From: Ignavibacteriota bacterium
Lineage (GTDB): Bacteria > Bacteroidota > Ignavibacteria > Ignavibacteriales > Melioribacteraceae
Assembly (NCBI GenBank): GCA_043807765.1
Contig: JAZDFQ010000098.1
Span: forward strand, 19,349 to 83,348
Direction: 5' to 3'
Length of the DNA stretch: 64,000 bases
In this document: positions 56,194-64,000 of the stretch, in pieces
Position numbering within the stretch: the stretch's first letter is position 1
Layout: each line of letters begins with the position of its first letter
Position numbers and translations under genes: made by a program
Notes under the pieces: generated by a model
Told to the model about the DNA's origin: nothing
Database searches by the model: none
The model's input: only the letters and a program-made list of their open reading frames with translations

Positions 56194-57606
56194 TTATTTG
56201 GTAGTAGTTTGCTTTCGCTTCCAGAAAAAGTAAAATGGAAGTCCGCTTAGAACAAGTATCAATCCCATCATTGCATTTTGTGTGTCTGAAACAATTGAGT
56301 TCACCAAAAAGAGAAATGCAAACACTACAAAAATTGCCGGGGTGTAGGGATAACCCCAAACTTTATAGGGACGGTGAACATCGGGCATCTTTTTGCGAAG
56401 AATGAAAACACCATATGCCCCAAGCATGTAAAACAGCCACGAAGCAAATATCACATAATCAGTAATCATATCGAAGGAACCGGAAAGAACTAAAACACAT
56501 GACCAAATTCCTTGAACTAGTAACGAAGTATGCGGTGTTCCGAATTTTGGATGGACATTGCCTAAACTTTTGAAAAACAAATTTGCCCTTGCCATTGCAA
56601 ACGGTACACGTGCTGTAGATAGAATACTTCCGTTAAGCGCACCAAAAGTAGAAATGATTACAGCTATAGAAATTATTGAAGCGCCATTGGTGCCAAATAT
56701 TTTTTCGGCAGCTGTTGCGGCAACTAAAGGAGATTTTGCCATTTCATCAATAGGAAGAACATACAAGAAAGCTATATTTATCAAAACATAAACTGCAATT
56801 ACAATTAGCGTTCCGTAAAAAAGCGCAAGGGGAACATTCCGGTTCGGGTTTTTAACTTCGCCGGAAACAAAAGTGATATTGTTCCATGCATCGTAAGCCC
56901 AGAAAGCCCCGGCAAAAGCTAATCCCAGCATACTTATAAAACCAGCAGTAGATTTATGTGGCAGCGCAAATCCGTTGTAAACATTAGAGAAACTTCCGTT
57001 GCCAACGAATAAAAGCAAAAAAATAATTAGTAAAATTGAAGCAATCTTAATAAATGTGACTATTGTCTGAACTGCTCCGCCGAAGATTACGCCGGCATAA
57101 TTAACGCCGGTTAGAAAAGCTGTAACGGAGATTGCAACGGCCTTTGTTCCAAAATCCGCAAAGGGGTGAATATCACCAACTAGCGGCATAAATACCGCAA
57201 AGTCTTGCCATGCTTGCGGCAGCTGCGGGTACTTAATAAAGTAACCTAGATACTCTGCAAACGCATAAGCAATTGCTGCTTGGCTTCCCGTCTGAATAAC
57301 CGAAAGAATTGACCAACCATATAAATACGCTGTAAAATCGCCATACATTCTTCTGAAGTAAACATACTGCCCTCCGGTAGCATCAATCATTCCGGCGACT
57401 TCGGCATTTACCAGTACGGCAATTAATGTGATAAGGCCAGCAGCAATCCAAACAAATATTAAAAGCTCGGGGGAGCCTAATTGACTTGCCATTGTTGCCG
57501 GTTTACGGAATATACCGGAACCAATCATCGATCCGGCTACTAGCATCATTGCCGCAGTTAATGTTAATCCGCGTACTAGCTCTGTTTTCTTTGGTTGTTC
57601 TTTCAT
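56194..57606 (-). CDS. APC-family amino acid permease
   Basis: GSMIGSGIF, GGQY.Y, WAYDAWNN, EVKNP. Confidence 0.93.
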   Translation of the reverse strand: MKEQPKKTELVRGLTLTAAMMLVAGSMIGSGIFRKPATMASQLGSPELLIFVWIAAGLITLIAVLVNAEVAGMIDATGGQYVYFRRMYGDFTAYLYGWSILSVIQTGSQAAIAYAFAEYLGYFIKYPQLPQAWQDFAVFMPLVGDIHPFADFGTKAVAISVTAFLTGVNYAGVIFGGAVQTIVTFIKIASILLIIFLLLFVGNGSFSNVYNGFALPHKSTAGFISMLGLAFAGAFWAYDAWNNITFVSGEVKNPNRNVPLALFYGTLIVIAVYVLINIAFLYVLPIDEMAKSPLVAATAAEKIFGTNGASIISIAVIISTFGALNGSILSTARVPFAMARANLFFKSLGNVHPKFGTPHTSLLVQGIWSCVLVLSGSFDMITDYVIFASWLFYMLGAYGVFILRKKMPDVHRPYKVWGYPYTPAIFVVFAFLFLVNSIVSDTQNAMMGLILVLSGLPFYFFWKRKQTTTK

Positions 57607-57814
57607 TAAACGATTCTGCAAAAGTTGCGGCAAAATAAACAATAGTCTCTTATTCTCAAATCAAGAAAGCAGATTTCTTAATTAATAGGCTAAAGAAATT
57701 TGATTAACCGAATACTGATAAAAGAAAAACTAATTTTTTGTGTGTTCTAAAAAATAATTATCTTCGCACTGCGTCATGGCAACACATTTTTGGGCTTACT
57801 AAAAAGGAGCGGCA

Positions 57815-57937
57815 ATGGAAGCAAATAAAAAAGAAACACACGCAAGCAGTTTTGGATTCTATTTCTTAATGGGAATCATCGGATTCAGTATTCTTTACAT
57901 TGTGGGTTACTTAATCTACACAGCCATTTTTGGCTAA
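57815..57937 (+). CDS. Small single-TM protein (40 aa) upstream of kup, not in ORF track
   Basis: AAGGAG RBS; MEANKKETHASSFGFYFLMGIIGFSILYIVGYLIYTAIFG*. Confidence 0.65.
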   Translation: MEANKKETHASSFGFYFLMGIIGFSILYIVGYLIYTAIFG

Positions 57938-57962
57938 AATCATTTCTAGGCAAACACACCTA

Positions 57963-59798
57963 ATGGTTCATAAAAAATCTTCTGGTACTAATTTTAGCGA
58001 AATACTTAAAGCACTAGGACTTGTTTTCGGAGACATCGGAACAAGTCCTATTTATACCCTAAGTGTAATCTTTATGTTTACAGCACCAACACAAGAAAAT
58101 GTGCTCGGAATACTTTCCTTAATGTTCTGGACATTAATAATTCTTGTTACAGTTGAGTATACTTTTCTTGCCATGCACTTAGATTCAAAGGGTGAAGGTG
58201 GAATTGTTGTACTTAAAGAAATTTTACACGGTACATTAAAGAAAGGAAGATCAATAGCTTTTGTTACCTTTATGGGCTACGTTGGTGTTTCACTTCTAAT
58301 GGGCGATGGAGTTATTACTCCGGCAATAAGTATTCTTTCGGCAGTGGAAGGTCTGCAGCTAATTCCGGGTATGGGTCATATCAGTGTAAACGCAATAGTA
58401 ACTATAACAATCGTTATCACTATACTATTATTTATGATTCAGTCAAGGGGAACTGATAAAGTCGCGGCATCTTTCGGACCTATAATGGTAATCTGGTTTA
58501 CTGCGCTTTTCCTTTCCGGATTCCTATCGATGATTCACAATCCATCGGTTGTCTTTTCTTTGAGTCCTCACCATGGTATTCAGTTTATGCTTAATAACGG
58601 CGCTGCCGGCTTTGTAGTTCTCTCTGAAGTAATATTGTGTGCTACCGGCGGCGAAGCCTTGTATGCTGATATGGGACATCTTGGCAAGAAACCGATCCGC
58701 CATGCGTGGATTTTTGTTTTTATAGGACTTGTAATGAATTATTTTGGGCAAGGTGCTTTTGTAATTGCTCAAGGTGCAAATTATAATCCGAATGCGAACA
58801 TTTTGTTTTCCATGGTGAAGGGGCAAGCTGAGTTTCTTTACGTCCCATTTTTAATTCTAACTTTGTTTGCTACAATTATTGCATCACAGGCAATGATAAG
58901 CGCAGTTTTCTCCCTTGTGTATCAAGGAATACGTACACACATATTCCCGCTTACAAGAGTTAAATATACATCTACACATCTAAAGTCTCAGATTTATATC
59001 GACTCTGTTAACTGGCTCTTGCTCATCTCCGTAATCTTGATAATTTTAGTTTTCAAAGCATCACATAATTTAGCCGCAGCTTACGGATTTGCAGTTACGG
59101 CAACAATGGCAGTAAGCACGGTATTCATGCTTTGGATTTACACAAAACAGAAGAAGAAATTAAAAGTAGTAATTGCCTCACTTGTAATAATCGTAAACAT
59201 CGCATTTTTAATTTCTGTATTTACCAAAATTCCGCATGGTGGTTACTGGTCAATAATTATCGCGGCCGTTCCATTTGCTATAATCTTTATTTGGACAAAG
59301 GGCAATAGAGCGATTTATCGTTCATTCCGTTCTTTACCAATTGATACTTACCTTGTAAGCTATGAACAGATTTATGATTCGGGAAAAGTGTTGCCGGGAA
59401 CGGCATTATTTTTTGCTAAGAGTTTAGATATGATCCCGCCATACATGGTACACTGCACATTAAGAGGCGGAATTCTTTACGAGGATAATGTTCTGGTTTC
59501 GATTGTTACCACAGATTCCCCGCGCGGAATACAGAAACTTTACGTGCCGGAAATTGCAGATGGACTTTCGGGACTTGAAATACAAGTTGGTTATATGGAA
59601 AGATTAGATATTCCGAAGCTATTAAAAGAAACAAATATAGATCCGAAGGTGATGTTCTACGGTGTTGATGATATTAAAGCAAAAAAAATGTATCTCAAGT
59701 TTTTCGCATTCATAAAGAGAATTACACCAAACTTTGTTCAGTTTATCGAGCTGCCTTATCATAAACTTCACGGCGTACTGACTAGAATAGAAATTTAG
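57963..59798 (+). CDS. kup: KUP/HAK/KT potassium uptake protein
   Basis: LGLVFGDIGTSPIY, GEGG, GDGVITPAISILSAVEG, TGGEALYADMGHLG. Confidence 0.96.
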   Translation: MVHKKSSGTNFSEILKALGLVFGDIGTSPIYTLSVIFMFTAPTQENVLGILSLMFWTLIILVTVEYTFLAMHLDSKGEGGIVVLKEILHGTLKKGRSIAFVTFMGYVGVSLLMGDGVITPAISILSAVEGLQLIPGMGHISVNAIVTITIVITILLFMIQSRGTDKVAASFGPIMVIWFTALFLSGFLSMIHNPSVVFSLSPHHGIQFMLNNGAAGFVVLSEVILCATGGEALYADMGHLGKKPIRHAWIFVFIGLVMNYFGQGAFVIAQGANYNPNANILFSMVKGQAEFLYVPFLILTLFATIIASQAMISAVFSLVYQGIRTHIFPLTRVKYTSTHLKSQIYIDSVNWLLLISVILIILVFKASHNLAAAYGFAVTATMAVSTVFMLWIYTKQKKKLKVVIASLVIIVNIAFLISVFTKIPHGGYWSIIIAAVPFAIIFIWTKGNRAIYRSFRSLPIDTYLVSYEQIYDSGKVLPGTALFFAKSLDMIPPYMVHCTLRGGILYEDNVLVSIVTTDSPRGIQKLYVPEIADGLSGLEIQVGYMERLDIPKLLKETNIDPKVMFYGVDDIKAKKMYLKFFAFIKRITPNFVQFIELPYHKLHGVLTRIEI

Positions 59799-59825
59799 TC
59801 TGCCGACAGTTCGATAAAACTCTTC

Positions 59826-62018
59826 TTAATTCCACAATTGTTTATTTTGCTTAGCGCCCATCTTTAAAATTAACTTACCGCCTTGCAGCAGATCGTTATG
59901 ATTAAAAGAACTCTTTGTTAATTCCTTCCCATTTAGCACAACGCTCTGCACATAAATATTTTTAACAGAAACATTTTGTGCTGTAATAACAAACTTCTTT
60001 CCATTTTCTAATGTTAAAGTCGCTTCATCAAACATTGGCGAGCCGATTTCATAATTCTGATCTGCCGGATTGAACGGATAAAAACCCAACGCGCTAAATA
60101 CGAACCATGCAGACATTTGTCCGCAATCTTCGTTACCGCATAAGCCATCCGGTGTGTGGTTATAAAGTGTTCTCATAATTTGTGCAACAAGCTTTTGTGT
60201 TTTCCATGCTTCGCCCGTGAAGTTAAACATATACGCTGTGTGATGACTTGGTTCGTTACCGTGCGCGTATTGTCCAATTAAGCCACTTATATCGGGGCTG
60301 GTGTTATCTCCTTCAACCTTAGAATCAATTGTAAAAAGTGAATCGAGTTTAAGTGAGAATTTTTCTTTCCCCCCGTGTAGATTAATCAATCCTTGTACAT
60401 CTTGCGGAACGAACCATGAATATTGCCAAGCGTTTCCTTCTGTGTAATCATGAACACTGTGGTCAGAGCGTTTAGGATTAAACGGAGAGCGCCACGTTCC
60501 ATCGCTAAGCTTTCCGCGCATAAATCCTGTTGAAGCATCAAACAAGTTTTTATAATATTCGGCCCGCGATGAATATGTTTTATAATCTTCATCTGCGCCT
60601 AAATGCTTTGCAACTTGTGCAATACACCAGTCATCATAAGCGTATTCAAGAGTTCTAGAAACAGATTCATTCACATTATCGCCAGGAATATAGCCGAGTT
60701 CGCGATATTCCTTTAATCCAAACTGATCTTGCATTGCGGAAAGTTTCATCGCTACGAAAGCTTCATTAACATCAAATCCGTTAAAGCCCTTGAGTATTGC
60801 ATCTGTAATAACCGGAATTGCGTGATATCCAATCATGCAGTTAGTTTCGTTACCTGCTAATTCCCAGACCGGAAGCAATCCGTATTCGCGGAAATGTGCG
60901 AGCATAGAATTGATCATATCGTTAATGCGTTCCGGCTGAGTAATTGTGTAAAGAGGGTTTGCGGCGCGGAAAGTATCCCACAAAGAAAATATACTGTACT
61001 TTGTATAACCATTGGTTTTACGTGCTGATTTATCCGGGCTTTTATAACTACCATCAACATCGCTAAATATTACCGGAGCCAGCATTGTTCTGTAAAACGA
61101 AGTATAAAAAGTTGTGAGCAGATTTTTATCGGTTGATTTAACTAGAATTTTATTTAATTCTTTATTCCACTGCTGCAAAGCCGAAGCTCTTGTTTTTTCA
61201 AAACTCTGTGCCGCGTTGTCTGCAACAAGATTGGCTTTTGCATTAGCAATGCTGACAGAAGAAATCGCGGTACGAATAGTCAGTTGATTTGAATCGAACT
61301 TGAAAACCGCTTTGGTCTTTTTCGATTTATACTCCGTGATACCTTGCGGGAGAGTCGTATCATTACCAAGCCAATGAAGTGTAATTGGTTTGGAAAATTC
61401 CGAAACGAAATAAACTCTCTGATCTTCAGCCCAACCCTTAGATAACCTATATCCAACAATACGCGTGGAGCTTTCAATTTTTATATAAGTCTCAACCGGA
61501 GAATCCCAGTTAATTGCAAAGCCTAAATCAAGTTGAACATAGGCATCATTATTTTTTGGAAAAGAGTAACGCTGAATTCCGCTTCTTAATGCTGCGGTTA
61601 ATTCCACTTTCACTTTGTTATCTAAAGTAATAGTGTAAAATCCGGGTTCGGCTTTTTCATTTTTATGTGAAAACTTTGTCTGAAATTTGTGCGCACTGAT
61701 TTTTGAATCATCAAAATTCTTGGGCAAAGCAGTCGGCATAAAACTAATATCGCACAAATCGCCAATACCGGTACCACTCAAATGCGTATGGCTGAATCCG
61801 GCAATCAGACTATCAGAGTAATTATAACCGGAACACCAATCCCATCCGGTGCGCCCGTTATCGGGACTTAGCTGCACCATTCCAAAGGGAACTGTTGCGC
61901 CGGGATAAACATGTCCGTGTCCGTTTGTACCCATAAAAGGATTTACATACTGTGTTAGATTTCTTTGAGCGAATAGAGATGAAGCAGTTAGAGTAATAAT
62001 AAGCAACCACTTTTTCAT
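59826..62018 (-). CDS. GH92 alpha-mannosidase
   Basis: YVNPFMGT, FSHTHLSGTG, FSLWDTFRA, SRTLEYAYDDW, HGNEPSHH, GNEDCGQMSAW. Confidence 0.95.
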   Translation of the reverse strand: MKKWLLIITLTASSLFAQRNLTQYVNPFMGTNGHGHVYPGATVPFGMVQLSPDNGRTGWDWCSGYNYSDSLIAGFSHTHLSGTGIGDLCDISFMPTALPKNFDDSKISAHKFQTKFSHKNEKAEPGFYTITLDNKVKVELTAALRSGIQRYSFPKNNDAYVQLDLGFAINWDSPVETYIKIESSTRIVGYRLSKGWAEDQRVYFVSEFSKPITLHWLGNDTTLPQGITEYKSKKTKAVFKFDSNQLTIRTAISSVSIANAKANLVADNAAQSFEKTRASALQQWNKELNKILVKSTDKNLLTTFYTSFYRTMLAPVIFSDVDGSYKSPDKSARKTNGYTKYSIFSLWDTFRAANPLYTITQPERINDMINSMLAHFREYGLLPVWELAGNETNCMIGYHAIPVITDAILKGFNGFDVNEAFVAMKLSAMQDQFGLKEYRELGYIPGDNVNESVSRTLEYAYDDWCIAQVAKHLGADEDYKTYSSRAEYYKNLFDASTGFMRGKLSDGTWRSPFNPKRSDHSVHDYTEGNAWQYSWFVPQDVQGLINLHGGKEKFSLKLDSLFTIDSKVEGDNTSPDISGLIGQYAHGNEPSHHTAYMFNFTGEAWKTQKLVAQIMRTLYNHTPDGLCGNEDCGQMSAWFVFSALGFYPFNPADQNYEIGSPMFDEATLTLENGKKFVITAQNVSVKNIYVQSVVLNGKELTKSSFNHNDLLQGGKLILKMGAKQNKQLWN

Positions 62019-62088
62019 AATTCTTTCCTTGAAGAAGTTGAGTATGATTATATATCTTATATGTAAAATAAGAATCTTTAGGTGTACT

Positions 62089-62343
62089 ATGAACCTTGAA
62101 ATAAAAATCGAATTGCCTTCGGAGTTGTTAGCTACATTAAGAGCAGCTCCTAATGAATTTGTTTCTCAAATGAGGATGGCTGCTGCAATAAAGTGGTATG
62201 AACTTGGAAGAATATCACAATCAAAAGCTTCGGAGATAGCCGGTGTAAGCAGGCAATCATTTCTGGCTGCTTTGGACGATTATGGAGTATCTCCTTTCCA
62301 GGAAACAGGAGAGGAATTATTTAGTGAATACCCACATGACTAA
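62089..62343 (+). CDS. UPF0175-family protein (putative antitoxin)
   Basis: MAAAIKWYELGRISQSKASEIAGVSRQSFL. Confidence 0.85.
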   Translation: MNLEIKIELPSELLATLRAAPNEFVSQMRMAAAIKWYELGRISQSKASEIAGVSRQSFLAALDDYGVSPFQETGEELFSEYPHD

Positions 62344-62815
62344 ATTAGTTGTAAATGCTTCTCCAATTATTTCGCTCAGCGCAATAGACCGGATAGATAT
62401 ATTGTTACAACAAGCGAATGTTTTGATAATAGCAAAAGGGGTACGCGATGAAATTACAGCTCACCCGGATAAGACCGATCCCGCAATAAAATGGATTAGC
62501 GAATTACCTCTATTCCATGTGGTTCCGGTTGATCTAAAAATAGCGGCTTGGGATTTAGGTAAAGGAGAAAGTGAAGTTTTATCATTCTGTCTTAATAACG
62601 AAGGACATATTGCGGTAATTGACGATCTTGCTGCACGCAAATGTGCGGCGGCATTTGGTATTAAAGCGATTGGAACTATTAGTTTGATTCTTTCCGCTAA
62701 AAATCTAAGCATCATCCCATCAGTAAAACCAATCTTGGTTCTATTAAGAAATAATGGCTTTAGAATCAAAGATGAGCTTTTCGCAACTTGCTTAAAAATT
62801 GCAAAAGAAGATTAG
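62336..62815 (+). CDS. DUF3368 PIN-domain protein (putative toxin)
   Basis: VVNASPII, LGKGESE, IDDLAARKCA...GTISLIL; overlaps UPF0175 stop. Confidence 0.88.
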   Translation: MTKLVVNASPIISLSAIDRIDILLQQANVLIIAKGVRDEITAHPDKTDPAIKWISELPLFHVVPVDLKIAAWDLGKGESEVLSFCLNNEGHIAVIDDLAARKCAAAFGIKAIGTISLILSAKNLSIIPSVKPILVLLRNNGFRIKDELFATCLKIAKED

Positions 62816-64000
62816 CTAATATTTCTCCTTCAATAACTGCGGATGTTCATTTGCAACTTTAATCATAAACTCGCCGAACAAAGTATTTGCCCAAGCAAAC
62901 CATGGACGCGAAAATCTGCTTGCGTCATCTTTGTTGAATGATTCGTGCATAAATCCGGTTCCGGCGTGAGTATGTTTTAGAATCTTAATGCACTCTCGGA
63001 TTTCGCTTTCGTTAATGCTAGTTAAGCCGCGCATAATAACTGCAAGATGCCAAATCATTCCAAGTCCGGCATGCGGTCCGCCAATACCTTTCCCGGCTTT
63101 TCCTTCAAAGTAATAGGGATTGTTTTTACTGAACAAAAACTTGCGTGTGTTTTGGTAAACCGAATTATTCACATCAACTGCATCCAGATAGGGAAGTGAG
63201 AGCAGACTTGGAACGTTTGCGTCATCCATAAATAATTTGTTTCCAAAACCATCAACCTCATACGCAAAAATTTGTCCAAAGTGTAAGTGTTCGGTAATAG
63301 AATATGCTTTTAATGCCTCTTCAACTTCATATGCGAGTAAGAAGAATTCTCTAGCCATGGCTCTATCATCTAAAACACCCTTGAAGATTTCATTCAGTTG
63401 CTTTAACGAAGCAACTGCGAAATAATTGGACGCGATTAAAAATGGGAATATGGTTGAATCATCGCTCGGTCTGAAAACAGACACAATTAACCCAACCGGA
63501 TTAATAGGGTTCCCGTAGCCGCCTAACACAACGCCATCTGTGGCCCATGCTGTTGTGCGCATAAATTTGTAAGGTGAAGTCCCGTCTTTGCGCTGTTGTT
63601 CCCTAAATGTTTTTAAAACCAGTTTCATTGCAGCAATCCAATCTTTATCGAAGATGGAAGTATCGCCGGTGGTTTTCCAATAGTTATATGCTAAGCGTAC
63701 CGGATAACAGAGGGAATCAATTTCAAATTTGCGTTCATGCAAGTCGGGTTTCATTTCAGTAATGTCATTTTTCCAAGGAGAATCTGCCGGACCATCGTTA
63801 AATGCGTTTGCGTATGGATCGATAAGAATACACTTTGTTTGACGATTAATTACACCGGCTACTAAATCTTTCAGCTTCTTGTCTTTTTTTGTTAACGGCA
63901 AATATGGCCAAACTTGCGCGGTTGAATCGCGGAGCCACATGGCGTTAATATCTCCGGTAATAACAAAAGTATCCGGCTTGCCGTCTATTATTTTGTGAGT
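62816..64000 (-). CDS. GH125 exo-alpha-1,6-mannosidase (5' end outside window)
   Basis: TFVITGDINAMWLRDS, ERKFEIDSL, MDDANVPSLL, HESF, F.R.WFAWAN; frame open to window edge. Confidence 0.93.
   Translation of the reverse strand, partial: THKIIDGKPDTFVITGDINAMWLRDSTAQVWPYLPLTKKDKKLKDLVAGVINRQTKCILIDPYANAFNDGPADSPWKNDITEMKPDLHERKFEIDSLCYPVRLAYNYWKTTGDTSIFDKDWIAAMKLVLKTFREQQRKDGTSPYKFMRTTAWATDGVVLGGYGNPINPVGLIVSVFRPSDDSTIFPFLIASNYFAVASLKQLNEIFKGVLDDRAMAREFFLLAYEVEEALKAYSITEHLHFGQIFAYEVDGFGNKLFMDDANVPSLLSLPYLDAVDVNNSVYQNTRKFLFSKNNPYYFEGKAGKGIGGPHAGLGMIWHLAVIMRGLTSINESEIRECIKILKHTHAGTGFMHESFNKDDASRFSRPWFAWANTLFGEFMIKVANEHPQLLKEKY

Noticed and set aside
57660-57810. c-di-AMP or other riboswitch upstream of kup
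   Set aside because: No recognisable ydaO consensus; only an AT-rich hairpin

Overview
Gene-dense bacterial chromosomal window, roughly 35-40% GC by eye. The gene content suggests Ignavibacteriota / FCB group (inference from T9SS C-terminal sorting domains, the exbB-exbD-exbD-tonB-PstS-like-TPR operon and the CAZyme set). It holds about 60 CDS: glycoside hydrolases (2x GH92, GH125, GH43, GH3), TonB-dependent and other outer-membrane proteins, housekeeping enzymes (alr, ppa, beta-carbonic anhydrase, RluA, CutC), a histidine kinase / sigma54-activator pair, Kup and APC transporters, an oadG/oadB pair and a UPF0175/DUF3368 toxin-antitoxin pair. I saw no rRNA, tRNA, CRISPR array, integrase or transposase. 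Most notable: (1) two small nuclease-fold genes, each bracketed by its own repeat family (GxxExxY with nonamer inverted repeats; DUF559 with 35-bp identical direct repeats plus hairpins), alongside orphan copies of REP-like and heptamer repeats, one inside a CDS; (2) an in-frame TAG in oadB; (3) a PfkB kinase that seems to start at ATA; (4) a 599-aa hypothetical that maps motif-by-motif onto the NMO/FabK flavoenzyme barrel; (5) an ATP-cone/nucleoside kinase fusion; (6) an AT-rich FRG + metallopeptidase island; (7) two unannotated small membrane ORFs. All family calls come from motif recognition, not database searches.
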